DNA of 32,000 nt from Rhodobacter capsulatus SB 1003. Its GTDB lineage: Bacteria; Pseudomonadota; Alphaproteobacteria; Rhodobacterales; Rhodobacteraceae. The position numbers were made by a program, and so were the translations under genes. The stretch spans positions 2,760,001-2,792,000 of the forward strand of contig NC_014034.1 in the NCBI RefSeq assembly GCF_000021865.1. The letters are read 5' to 3'. Below the pieces are notes generated by a model, which saw nothing but the letters and a program-made list of their open reading frames with translations, was not told where the DNA came from and did no database searches. Below, piece by piece: positions 6,483-17,451 of this stretch; positions within the stretch are counted from its first letter, which is position 1; each line of letters opens with the position of its first letter.

Positions 6483-8171
6483 ATGGCCGTGACCGATCTG
6501 GCCCCGCGCCTGCCCGGGCGCCTGCGCCCCCGCCCCCTCCCGGGGGGCGGGTCGATCTGGCTTTGGGCGGCGGGCGGCATCGCCGCGCTGGTGCTGGCGC
6601 CGGTGGCGGCGCTGCTTTGGCAGGCGGCGCAGGGCTCGGACGGGCTTTGGGGCCATCTGTGGGCCTATGTGCTGGCGCCCGCGCTGGGGCAGACGGTGAT
6701 CCTGCTGGCCGGGGTCGGGATCGTCGTCACGGTTCTGGGCACCACGCTCGCCTGGCTGGTGGCGGCGCATGACTTTCCGGGCCGCAGGCTGCTGGATTGG
6801 GCGCTGCTTTTGCCGCTGGCCGTGCCAAGTTACATCATCGCCTTCGTCTATCTGGAGGTGACCCATCCGCTCGGCCCGCTGCAAGACGGGCTGCGGGCGC
6901 TTTTGGGCTACGCCTCGCCGCGGGAGTTCCGGCTGCCCGACATCCGCTCGATGCCGGGGGCGATTTTGCTTTTGGGGCTGGTGCTTTATCCCTATGTCTA
7001 CCTGCCGGTGCGGGCGATGTTCGCGATGCAGGCGGCGGGGCTTCTGGAGGCCGGGCGGATGCTGGGTTGCACGCGGCGGGGGCTGCTGTGGCGGCTGGCG
7101 CTGCCGCTGGCCCGTCCGGCGATCGCGGCGGGGGCAAGTCTGGCGCTGATGGAGACGCTCAACGACATCGGCGCGGCCGAGTTTCTGGGCGTGCGCACGC
7201 TGACCGTGTCGATCTATGCCACCTGGGTCACGCGCTCGGACCTGCCGGGGGCGGCGCAGATCGCGCTGGTCATGCTGGCCGTGGTGGCGGCGCTGGTGGC
7301 GCTCGAACGCTTCGCCCGGCGCAGGCAGCGCTTTGCGGGCGGGGCGCAACGGATGCGCCCGCTGGTGCCGGTGCGGCTGACGGGGCTGCGCGGCTTTGCG
7401 GCGCTGGGGCTGGGGCTGGTGCCGGTCCTGCTGGGCTTTGGCGTGCCGCTGGCCTGGCTTTTGTCCGAGGCCGTGACGCGGATCGCCGAGACCGGGATTT
7501 CCGCGCAGCTGCGCGCCGAGATGCGGGCGACGCTGCTTTTGGCGACGGCGGCGACGGTGGCGGTCGTGGCGGGGGGGCTGGTGGTGGCGCTGACGGCGCG
7601 GCTGTGCCCCGGCGGGCCGGGCGCGCTGATCGGGCGGCTGGCGAGCCTTGGCTATGCGATGCCCGGAACCGTGGTGGCATTGGGCGTGCTGGTGCCGGTG
7701 GGGGCGCTGGACCGGCTGCTCGACGCGGCGGCGCGGGCGGCTCTGGGTCAGGGCACCGGGCTGGTGCTGATCGGCTCGGGGCTGGCTTTGGGCTATGCCT
7801 ATCTGGTGCGGTTTCTGGCGATCGCTGTGGGCGGCTGCGAAAACGGTCTGGCGCAGATCCCGCGCGCGCTCGATCAGGCGGCGCGCAGTCTGGGCCATGG
7901 TCCGGCGGCCAGCCTGCGCCGGTTGCATCTGCCGCTTCTGCGCCCGGCCCTGATCGCTGCCGCGCTGCTCGTCTTTGTCGACACGATGAAGGAGCTTTCG
8001 GCCACGCTTCTGCTGCGCCCGCTGGGGGTCGAGACCTTGGCCACCCATCTTTATGGCGAGGCGGCGCGGGGCAGCCACGAAGACGGCGCCATCGCGGGCC
8101 TTGCCATCGTCGCCGTGGGCATCCTGCCGGTGATCGCGCTGGCGCGGCTGGCGCAGCGGCGGGGCGCCTAA
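6483..8171 (+). CDS. fbpB: Iron(III) ABC transporter permease, duplicated-domain FbpB type (562 aa)
   Basis: Highly hydrophobic, two-module permease 9 bp downstream of fbpA. The size and architecture are typical of FbpB/HitB. Confidence 0.85.
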   Translation: MAVTDLAPRLPGRLRPRPLPGGGSIWLWAAGGIAALVLAPVAALLWQAAQGSDGLWGHLWAYVLAPALGQTVILLAGVGIVVTVLGTTLAWLVAAHDFPGRRLLDWALLLPLAVPSYIIAFVYLEVTHPLGPLQDGLRALLGYASPREFRLPDIRSMPGAILLLGLVLYPYVYLPVRAMFAMQAAGLLEAGRMLGCTRRGLLWRLALPLARPAIAAGASLALMETLNDIGAAEFLGVRTLTVSIYATWVTRSDLPGAAQIALVMLAVVAALVALERFARRRQRFAGGAQRMRPLVPVRLTGLRGFAALGLGLVPVLLGFGVPLAWLLSEAVTRIAETGISAQLRAEMRATLLLATAATVAVVAGGLVVALTARLCPGGPGALIGRLASLGYAMPGTVVALGVLVPVGALDRLLDAAARAALGQGTGLVLIGSGLALGYAYLVRFLAIAVGGCENGLAQIPRALDQAARSLGHGPAASLRRLHLPLLRPALIAAALLVFVDTMKELSATLLLRPLGVETLATHLYGEAARGSHEDGAIAGLAIVAVGILPVIALARLAQRRGA

Positions 8172-9043
8172 CCGGCGCGGGCAAAGACCGCGGTCACCGC
8201 CAGACCCGGATCCGCCACCACCCGGCCCTGCCCGACCAGTGCCACCAGATGCGCGAAAAGATTGCGCGACGCCGCCCGGTGCAGGGCCGCGGGCGTATCG
8301 GCATAGACCCGTCCGGTCAGCGTGGAAAGCGTCGCGGGCCCCTCGGTCAGGGCCTGCAGGATCTGCGCCGTGCGGGCCTGCCGATGCGCCGCAAGCTCGG
8401 CCAGCCGCGCCGCGGGATCGGGCACCGGATCGCCATGGCCGGGATAGAACACCCGCGCCCCCTGCCCCGCCAGCCGGTCAAGCGAGGTGAAATAAGCCTC
8501 CAGATCGCCATCGGGCGGCGAGATCAGCGTCGTCGACCAGCCCATCACCACATCGGCGGTGAAGACCGCCTCGCCCATCGCGAAACACAGGTGGTTGCCG
8601 AAATGCCCCGGCGTGTGCAGCGCCGTCACCGACCAGTCGCCCAGCGCCAGCCCCTCGCCATCCGCCAGCGTCTCATCGGGGCGAAAGCCCGCATCCACCC
8701 CCTCGCCGCCGCCCGCCAGCCCGGCCTTGGCCAGCGCCCGCATCGCGGCCGAGCGCCCCGCCGCCGCATCGCCAAAGGCGAAGACCGGCGCCCCGGTCAG
8801 ATCGGCCAGCGGCCGCGCCGCCGCGGAATGATCGAGATGCGCATGGCTGACCAGAATCGCCGCCACCCGCTCGCCCGGGGCAAGGCGGTCGAGCAGCGCG
8901 CGCAGATGCCCCGGATCGGCGGGCCCGGGATCCAGCACCGCCACCGCGCCCCGACCCAGCACATAGGAACAGGTGCCCCGCTGCGTCAGCGCCGAAGGGT
9001 TGGGCGCCACAAGCCGCCGCACGCCCGGTTCCAGATCCTCCAT
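8168..9043 (-). CDS. MBL-fold metallo-hydrolase (291 aa)
   Basis: HxHxDH motif (SHAHLDHS), and a downstream TPGHFGNH. Convergent with fbpB; the two genes overlap by 4 nt at their stop codons. Confidence 0.85.
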   Translation of the reverse strand: MEDLEPGVRRLVAPNPSALTQRGTCSYVLGRGAVAVLDPGPADPGHLRALLDRLAPGERVAAILVSHAHLDHSAAARPLADLTGAPVFAFGDAAAGRSAAMRALAKAGLAGGGEGVDAGFRPDETLADGEGLALGDWSVTALHTPGHFGNHLCFAMGEAVFTADVVMGWSTTLISPPDGDLEAYFTSLDRLAGQGARVFYPGHGDPVPDPAARLAELAAHRQARTAQILQALTEGPATLSTLTGRVYADTPAALHRAASRNLFAHLVALVGQGRVVADPGLAVTAVFARAG

Positions 9044-9082
9044 CCCTCTTCCCCTCTGCCGCTGTCAGGGCTAGGTTGTGGC

Positions 9083-10423
9083 ATGAATTTCGCTTGGCTC
9101 AAACACTTCCTGCCGCGCGGTCTTTACGGCCGGGCCGCGCTGATCCTGATCCTGCCCGTCGTCACCATCCAGCTGGTCGTCTCGGTCGTGTTCATCCAGC
9201 GCCATTTCGAGCGCGTGACCGAGCAGATGACCACCTCGATGCTGCGCGAGATCGCGCTGGTGATCGACCGCGCCGAGACCGCCGAGACCCAGGCCCAGGC
9301 CGCGACGCGGATGGCCGAGCTGGCACAGGCGCTGGATCTGCAGCTGGACCTGCCCGCGCCCCGGCCCGTTCCCGCCGCCGACCGGCGCGAGATCACCGAT
9401 TTCACCGGGCTGACCGTGCAATCGACGCTGCGCGCGGGCCTGCCGGGGATGATCGCGCTGGATCTGACCGCGGGCGGGCGGGTGCAGCTTTGGGTCGCGA
9501 CGCGGCACGGGCCGCTTTACATCGGCTTTCCGCGGATCTGGGTCTCGGCCTCCAATCCGCATCAGCTGCTGGTGCTGATGGTCTTCGTCTCGGTGCTGAT
9601 GACGCTGATCGCGTTTTTGTTTCTGCGCAACCAGTTGCGGCCGATCCAGCGGCTGGCCCGCGCCGCCGAGGCCTTCGGCAAGGGCCAGGTCGCGCCCTAT
9701 CGCCCCACCGGCGCGCTGGAGGTGCGGGCGGCGGGCAAGGCCTTTCTGGAAATGCGCGACCGGATCGAACGGCAGACCGAAAGCCGCCGGCTGATGCTGT
9801 CGGGGATCAGCCACGATCTGCGCACGCCGCTGACCCGGCTGCGGCTGGGTCTTTCGATGCTGCCCGAAGAGCCCGAGACCGAGGCCGAGATCGCCGCGAT
9901 GGCGCGCGACGTGACCGAGATGGGCAAGATGATCGACGCCTTCCTGAATGTCGCGCGCGAAGAGGCGATGGCGGGCGAGCCCGAACGGGTGGAGATCTGC
10001 GCCTTTGTCGCGCACGTGGTCGAAGATGCCGTGCGCGCCGGGCAGCCGGTGCAGCTGGTGGCCTGCCCCGATGCGCCGGTGCAGGCGGTGCTGCGCCCCG
10101 ATGCGCTGCGCCGGGCGCTGGAAAACCTGATCGGCAATGCGGTGCGCTATGGCACCCGGGCCGAGGTTTCGGTCACGGTGCGCCCGCGCAGCCTGCGGCT
10201 GGTGATCGAGGATGACGGCCCCGGCATCCCCGCCGAGCGGCGCGAAGAGGCGATGCGGCCTTTCACCCGGCTGGATCCCGCGCGCAATCAGGACCGCGGT
10301 CAGGGCGTCGGGCTGGGGCTGGCGATCGCCGCCGACATCGCCCGCGGCCATGGCGGCAGCCTGACCCTGCTCGAGGGCAAGCGTCTGGGCGGGCTGGCGG
10401 CGGAACTGTCGCTGCCGCTTTAG
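9083..10423 (+). CDS. Membrane sensor histidine kinase, EnvZ-like with HAMP domain (446 aa); no cognate response regulator nearby
   Basis: Two TM segments, a HAMP-like LRPIQRLARAAEAFGKGQ, the H-box SGISHDLRTPLTRL, N-box ENLIGNAVRYG, and G-boxes DDGPGIP and GQGVGLGLAIA. This is the real gene inside the artefactual 1208-aa track ORF. Confidence 0.88.
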   Translation: MNFAWLKHFLPRGLYGRAALILILPVVTIQLVVSVVFIQRHFERVTEQMTTSMLREIALVIDRAETAETQAQAATRMAELAQALDLQLDLPAPRPVPAADRREITDFTGLTVQSTLRAGLPGMIALDLTAGGRVQLWVATRHGPLYIGFPRIWVSASNPHQLLVLMVFVSVLMTLIAFLFLRNQLRPIQRLARAAEAFGKGQVAPYRPTGALEVRAAGKAFLEMRDRIERQTESRRLMLSGISHDLRTPLTRLRLGLSMLPEEPETEAEIAAMARDVTEMGKMIDAFLNVAREEAMAGEPERVEICAFVAHVVEDAVRAGQPVQLVACPDAPVQAVLRPDALRRALENLIGNAVRYGTRAEVSVTVRPRSLRLVIEDDGPGIPAERREEAMRPFTRLDPARNQDRGQGVGLGLAIAADIARGHGGSLTLLEGKRLGGLAAELSLPL

Positions 10424-10444
10424 GCGCCGCATCAGCGGATCGGC

Positions 10445-10582
10445 CTAGAGGATCAGCACGAAAAGCCCGACCCAGATCCCCGCCCCGGCCAGAACCGAGG
10501 GCAGGATCCACCAGCCGGAGGCCGATCCGGGCGCCGCGACCTTCTTTTCGTCAGAGGGCGCGACCGGAGGGGAATTTGACAA
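10445..10582 (-). CDS. Possible small single-pass membrane protein (45 aa, TTG start)
   Basis: GC3-rich C-terminal hydrophobic segment WWILPSVLAGAGIWVGLFVLIL. There is no ATG in frame, only a TTG without a clear SD, so the start is uncertain. Confidence 0.3.
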   Translation of the reverse strand: MSNSPPVAPSDEKKVAAPGSASGWWILPSVLAGAGIWVGLFVLIL

Positions 10583-10897
10583 GGCGGCAGATCCCGGCCT
10601 GGCTTCGCATCGCTCATCACGCCCGCGCTCCCACGCTGCCCCGCCCGCCCGCCCGGGACCGATTCTTGCAACCTCAGGGTAAGGTTCGGACCGAAGCCGC
10701 TTCAACCCCCGGTCTGCGCGGCGGCGGTTTTTCGCCCGCCGCCCGGCGCAAAAGGTCAGCTGGCGGCGCAAAAGGCGCGCGCAGGCCGCCGCTGTGCGGG
10801 TTGTCGCGCATTCGAACCAAGCCGGGCTTGCGATGCGGGGCGTTCTGCCGCAGTGTGAAGACTTGATGACGGCGGGGCGGGCTGTCGGTTCGGCGCA

Positions 10898-10928
10898 GTT
10901 GAACTGTGCCTCCCCCCCCCCTAGATAT
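10898..10928 (+). promoter_or_regulatory. Putative heat-shock (sigma-32/RpoH-type) promoter of lon
   Basis: gTTGAAc at 10898-10904, then a C-rich block (C10, 10912-10921) running into CCTAGATAT (10920-10928). This resembles TTGAA ... CCCCAT/CCTATAT-type RpoH promoters. It ends 68 nt upstream of the lon ATG. Confidence 0.4.
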
Positions 10929-10995
10929 GGGGCATGGGAAGGGACGGGTTGCCAATCGCGGGACCAGTGCCTTTCGCCGCAAACAAGGACAGACA

Positions 10996-13407
<2,412 letters not shown>

Positions 13408-13430
13408 TCTGCCCCTGAAACGGGCTCTGA

Positions 13431-13462
13431 CGCGCCCCCCTTGCGGGGGCGCGTTGTTTTTT
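13431..13462 (+). terminator. Rho-independent terminator of lon
   Basis: cgcgccccc (13431-13439) pairs with gggggcgcg (13445-13453), with a 5-nt loop, followed by ttgtttttt. Confidence 0.85.
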
Positions 13463-13542
13463 CCGGGCCCGGCCTTGCACCGCATGGATTGTTGCGCCGT
13501 TGCGGCCTAACCTTGGCGTGACAGCAAACCGATGGGGCCGAG

Positions 13543-13989
13543 ATGCGCAAATCCACGAAGAAATCCACCGCGGCAAAGGCCGTGCACCCGGAGCCGGTGC
13601 CCGAAGAGGTCGCACCCGGGACGACGCCCGAAGCGGCACCCGAGACCGCACCCGAGGCGGCCCCCGAGACGGCCCCCGAGACGGCCCCGGTCGCGGTGCG
13701 GGTGCAGGTGAAGAAAAAGGACTTCGTCGAGCGCGTGGTGCTGCGCAGCGGCGCCAAGAAGCCCGCCGCGCGCGATCTGACCGAGGCGGTGCTGGCGGTG
13801 CTGGGCGAGGCGCTGGCGAAGGGCGAGACGCTGGTTCTGCCGCCTTTGGGCAAGATTTCGGTGGCCCGCGCGGTCGGCAAGTCGGGCGGCGAGATCCTGC
13901 ATGTGAAGCTGCGGCGGATGGCTTTGCCGGAAGATGCGAAAAAGGACGAAGATTCCGCGACAGACCCCCTTGCGGATGCCGAGGAGTGA
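13543..13989 (+). CDS. HU/IHF-fold-like DNA-binding protein with an N-terminal Pro/Glu/Ala repeat extension (148 aa)
   Basis: The core KKKDFVERVVLRSGAKKPAARDLTEAVLAVLGEALAKGETLVLPPLGKISV resembles the HU helical body with a short arm. The N-terminus is TPEAAPETAPEAAPETAPETAP. Its position directly downstream of lon mirrors the lon-hupB arrangement. Confidence 0.6.
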   Translation: MRKSTKKSTAAKAVHPEPVPEEVAPGTTPEAAPETAPEAAPETAPETAPVAVRVQVKKKDFVERVVLRSGAKKPAARDLTEAVLAVLGEALAKGETLVLPPLGKISVARAVGKSGGEILHVKLRRMALPEDAKKDEDSATDPLADAEE

Positions 13990-14008
13990 GGCTAAACACC
14001 GCTCCACC

Positions 14009-14083
14009 GGGCGATTAGCTCAGCGGTAGAGCGCTTCGTTCACATCGAAGATGTCAGCGGTTCAAATCCGTTATCGCCCACCA
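14009..14083 (+). tRNA. tRNA-Val (anticodon CAC)
   Basis: GGGCGAT-TA-GCTC-AGCGGTA-GAGC-G-CTTCG-TTCACAT-CGAAG-ATGTC-AGCGG-TTCAAAT-CCGTT-ATCGCCC-A-CCA. Confidence 0.95.
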
Positions 14084-14090
14084 TCATTCC

Positions 14091-14122
14091 AAAAGGCGCT
14101 GGAAAGTTTCCAGCGCCTTTTT
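14091..14122. terminator. Bidirectional rho-independent terminator
   Basis: aaaa-ggcgctgg-aaagttt-ccagcgcc-ttttt. The A-tract and T-tract flank an 8-bp GC stem. It lies between tRNA-Val (+) and the convergent NDH-2 gene (-). Confidence 0.85.
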
Positions 14123-14203
14123 CCTGTCCGAAGCCGGTTTACCGCCAAAACCCCCAGGCCGCGGGCCTTGGGGGCGGTTCAGCGGGCGGGCGGCGGGCCG
14201 GGC

Positions 14204-15853
14204 TCAGGAGCCCGGCTTTTGCGTGTCGGGGGTGTCGGGCTTGCCGGTGCCGGGCAGGGTGACGCCGTGCTTTTCCATGTAGGGGCGGAAATAGTCGCGG
14301 AAGGCCTCGAAGCTTTCGGCCAGCATCAGGAATTCGGCGCGGTTCATCACCAGCACCTTGGTGTCCTCGATCGCATGCACCGAGGTCTTGCGTCGTGTCG
14401 CCCCCAGAATCAGCCGCTCGCCGAAATGGCCGCCGGGACCGATCACCCGCGTCGTCATCTCGCCCGTGTCGGGGTCGGTCCGCACCATCTGCACCGCGCC
14501 CGAAATCACCGTGTAGAACCCGTCCGAGCGGTCGCCCGCCTGATAGATCCGGTCGCCGGCGCGGAAATAGACATGCCGCATCGGCGGCTTCTGATAGGTG
14601 CGCAGCTGCACGAGGCTGCGCGCCCCCAAAAGATCCAGCGACCAGTTGATCATCACCCGGATGCGGGTGCCGATGCCGGGCAGAAGCGCCAGATAATAGG
14701 ACCGCCAGATGAACCAGGCCGGAAAGCCGGTGATGTTGCGCCCGAAAATGTCGGCGACGCCGCGTTTCGCCCCCAGCGAGGCCAGTGCCCCGCGCGAGCT
14801 GTAGGCAAAGACCCCGGGCGCCCGCCCCTTCAGCACGGCGGTGATGTTGGCGGCGACGCGCTTGGCCTCGCGCACGGCGAATTGCGCGGTGGGCGGGGCG
14901 AAATCGTTGCGCTCCGCGGCATCGTCCTTGAGAGGGATCAGCGCGCAATCGCCCAGCGCCCAGACATCGGTCCGGCCCTTGACGCGCAGGCTGCGATCCA
15001 CCGCGACGCGGCCCTTTTCCAAGGGCAGCCCCATGCGCAGGATCACCGGCAAGGGCGCATTGCCGATCGTGGCGACGATGGTGCGGGTGTCGATCACCTC
15101 GCCGTCGCTGGTCACCAGCTGCCGATGCGTGGCCGAGCGCACGCCGGTGCCCAGTTTCAGCTCGATGCCGTGGCGTTCCAGATGCGCGGTGGCGTAATCG
15201 GCCAGCTCTTTCGGCATCTCGTTCAGGATCCGCGGCGCATATTCGACCAGGAGCACGCGGACCTCGGACGGGTCGATGTTGGAATAGAACGGCAGCGAGC
15301 GGTCGAGCAGTTCCTTCATCTCGCCCACGGTCTCGACGCCGGAAAAGCCGCCGCCGACGACGGTGAAGGTCAGCGCCCCGCGCTTGGTGTCGGGCAGCGC
15401 GGTGACCTGCGCATGTTCAAGCTGCTCGATCACATGCTCGCGCAGACGCCGCGCATCCTCGAGCGTCTTCATCTTCAGCGCATGTTCCTCAAGCCCCGGC
15501 ATGCGCGAGAAATCCGCCCCCTGCCCCAGCGCGATCACCAGATGGTCATAGGGCACCTCGGTCGGGCGGCGCTGGATGCCCTGAAAGACGATCACCATCT
15601 TGCGCTCGAAATCGACGCTGTCGACGACGGCCTTGCGCACCTGCACGCCCTTGAGCAGGAAGCGCAGGGGCGAGACCGCATGCGCGGGCATGATCGAACC
15701 CGCGCCCACCTCGGGCAGAAGCGGCTGGAAGACGAAGTAATTCTCGGCGTTGATCAGCTCGATCTCGGCTTTGCGGCCCAGCCTGCGCGCAAGCGCGCGG
15801 GCCGTATACATGCCGCCGAAACCCCCGCCCAGAACGACGATCCGCGTGGCCAT
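14204..15853 (-). CDS. Type-II NADH dehydrogenase (NDH-2)-like FAD/NAD(P) oxidoreductase fused to a C-terminal cyclic-nucleotide-binding domain (549 aa)
   Basis: N-terminal Rossmann motif RIVVLGGGFGG and a second dinucleotide motif FTVVGGGFSGVE. The C-terminal roughly 120 aa are CAP-effector-like (FRAGDRIYQAGDRSDGFYTVISGAV ... IGPGGHFGERLIL...RKTSVHA). The second ATG (15853) was chosen because GGAGGG lies 6 nt upstream. Confidence 0.85.
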   Translation of the reverse strand: MATRIVVLGGGFGGMYTARALARRLGRKAEIELINAENYFVFQPLLPEVGAGSIMPAHAVSPLRFLLKGVQVRKAVVDSVDFERKMVIVFQGIQRRPTEVPYDHLVIALGQGADFSRMPGLEEHALKMKTLEDARRLREHVIEQLEHAQVTALPDTKRGALTFTVVGGGFSGVETVGEMKELLDRSLPFYSNIDPSEVRVLLVEYAPRILNEMPKELADYATAHLERHGIELKLGTGVRSATHRQLVTSDGEVIDTRTIVATIGNAPLPVILRMGLPLEKGRVAVDRSLRVKGRTDVWALGDCALIPLKDDAAERNDFAPPTAQFAVREAKRVAANITAVLKGRAPGVFAYSSRGALASLGAKRGVADIFGRNITGFPAWFIWRSYYLALLPGIGTRIRVMINWSLDLLGARSLVQLRTYQKPPMRHVYFRAGDRIYQAGDRSDGFYTVISGAVQMVRTDPDTGEMTTRVIGPGGHFGERLILGATRRKTSVHAIEDTKVLVMNRAEFLMLAESFEAFRDYFRPYMEKHGVTLPGTGKPDTPDTQKPGS

Positions 15854-15981
15854 GACACCCTCCATGCTGCTGCGCGAAGCATAGCCGAACCGCGCCGGAC
15901 CGCCAGAGCCTATTCACGCCCGCCCGGCCCCGCGATGCAGGAAGGTGACCAATGTCTTGCCGGACCGTCTTGCCAGGGGGC

Positions 15982-16057
15982 TGGTGCCGGCGGAGGGACT
16001 CGAACCCCCGACCCCCTGATTACAAATCAGACGCTCTACCAACTGAGCTACGCCGGC
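15982..16057 (-). tRNA. tRNA-Thr (anticodon TGT)
   Basis: The minus strand reads GCCGGCG-TA-GCTC-AGTTGGTA-GAGC-G-TCTGA-TTTGTAA-TCAGG-GGGTC-GGGGG-TTCGAGT-CCCTC-CGCCGGC-A-CCA. Confidence 0.93.
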
Positions 16058-16159
16058 CACGGTGCTGAAATAACCCTCCGGCCGCCCCGGCGCAAGACCG
16101 GACGGCGGGGCTTTGCCTTCCCGGCTTTGACCGCTATGGTGGCGCAAGGAGAACACCCA

Positions 16160-17047
16160 ATGCATCTGGTCTTTCATCTGGGCGCGCATGCCACCGATGA
16201 CGAACGCCTTGTCAGGACGCTGGCCACCAACCCCGAGGCGATGACCGCGGCGCAGTCCCATGCCCCCGCCCCCGCCGCCTATCGCATGGCGCTGCGCGAT
16301 GCGCTGATCGGGCTCCGCGGGCGGCCTGCCGATGCCGAAACGCAGGACCGGCTGCGCGCGGCCTGCCTGCGCGGCGCCCGCGGCCCGGTCGAGCGGCTGG
16401 TCTTCAGCTACGAGAATTTCCTCGCCCTGCCCGAACGCGCGATCGGCGCCAGCGGGCTTTATCCGGCCGCCGCCGACAAGCTGGTGCCGCTGGCCAATCT
16501 GTTCCCGCAGGACCGGACCGAGTTTCATCTGGGGCTGCTGGACCCTGCGCTGCTTCTGGTGGCGCTGGCGGCGCGGCAGCCGGGCCGGGATTTCACCGAG
16601 ATGCTCTGCGGCCATGCCCCCGAGGATCTGCGCTGGGGCCCGGTCGTGGCGCGGATGGCCGAGGCCGCGGACCGGGTCGGCGCGAAACTCGTGCTCTGGT
16701 GCAACGAGGATCTGCCGCTGCTGTTCCCCGAGGTGCTGCGGCAGATGGGCGGGCTGCCCGAGGCCGGGGCCTTGATGGGCGAATATGGTCTGGTCGAGGA
16801 GCTGATGCAGCCCGAGGGCGCCCGGCGGCTGCGCGCCTATCTGGCCAGCCACCCGCCGCAGACGGCCGAGCAGCGGCGCAAGGTGCTGATCGCGTTTCTG
16901 GAGAAATTCGCCCGTCCCGAGGCGCTGGTGGCCGATGTGGCGCTGCCGGGCGTCAGCGCGGATCTGGTGGCCGAGATCGCCGCGCGTTACGCCGCCGATC
17001 TGGCCGGGATCGCCCGCCTGCCGGGCGTGACGCTGATCACGCCCTGA
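16160..17047 (+). CDS. Conserved-looking hypothetical protein (295 aa), no family recognised
   Basis: SD aaggag lies 7 nt before the ATG at 16160, with GC3-rich codon usage. This is the real gene at the 3' end of the artefactual 998-aa track ORF. Confidence 0.65.
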   Translation: MHLVFHLGAHATDDERLVRTLATNPEAMTAAQSHAPAPAAYRMALRDALIGLRGRPADAETQDRLRAACLRGARGPVERLVFSYENFLALPERAIGASGLYPAAADKLVPLANLFPQDRTEFHLGLLDPALLLVALAARQPGRDFTEMLCGHAPEDLRWGPVVARMAEAADRVGAKLVLWCNEDLPLLFPEVLRQMGGLPEAGALMGEYGLVEELMQPEGARRLRAYLASHPPQTAEQRRKVLIAFLEKFARPEALVADVALPGVSADLVAEIAARYAADLAGIARLPGVTLITP

Positions 17048-17062
17048 CGCAGGCCAGCGCGC

Positions 17063-17311
17063 TTACGACATGCCGAGCGCGGCCTTGTAGATGTCGAGGA
17101 TCGCCTCTTCCTCGGCCAGATCGTTCTTGTCGCGCTTGCGCATCGCGATGATCTTCTTGATCACCTTGGTGTCGTAGCCGCGGGCCTTGGCCTCGGACAT
17201 GATGTCCTTCTGCTGCTCGGTGATGTCCTTCTTTTCGGCCTCAAGATGTTCGTATTGCTCGATGAACTGGCGCAGCTCGTCCGCGGCCACGGTATAGGCG
17301 TCGTTCGACAT
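17063..17311 (-). CDS. gapR: GapR / UPF0335 (DUF2312) nucleoid-associated DNA-binding protein (82 aa)
   Basis: Clear by-eye similarity to Caulobacter GapR (L..FIE..E.LE.EK.DI.E..K....EAKA.G.D.KV.KK....RK.D......EEAILD.Y..ALG). Confidence 0.9.
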   Translation of the reverse strand: MSNDAYTVAADELRQFIEQYEHLEAEKKDITEQQKDIMSEAKARGYDTKVIKKIIAMRKRDKNDLAEEEAILDIYKAALGMS

Positions 17312-17451
17312 GAAGGCTCTCCGAAGGTCGTTACGCGGGATGAAGCCCCTGACTAGCGCAGCCCCGCCCCCCCTTCAAGCCGCAACCCGGCGGCATCGGC
17401 GGCTTGCCAAGACCGCCCGTGCAGGGTAGCCCGGACAAAACGGAGGCGGTG

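Noticed and set aside
6309-8078. 589-aa minus-strand ORF antisense to fbpB
   Set aside because: Extremely Arg/Gln/Pro/His-rich with no SD. It fully overlaps a well-supported permease gene on the other strand, which is the typical high-GC antisense artefact.
6797-10423. 1208-aa plus-strand ORF
   Set aside because: It runs off-frame through fbpB and antisense through the MBL hydrolase gene, with Gly/Ala/Arg-rich nonsense composition. Only its last 446 codons (from the ATG at 9083) form a bona fide histidine kinase.
14009-16057. tRNA-Val and tRNA-Thr flanking a single gene as a possible mini-island
   Set aside because: I see no integrase, no att-like duplication of either tRNA 3' end, and no compositional shift. 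The enclosed gene has core-like codon usage.
14051-17047. 998-aa plus-strand ORF spanning the NDH-2 antisense, tRNA-Thr and the downstream hypothetical gene
   Set aside because: It reads through a tRNA gene and through the antisense of a motif-rich oxidoreductase. Only the part from the ATG at 16160, which has a good SD, is plausible.
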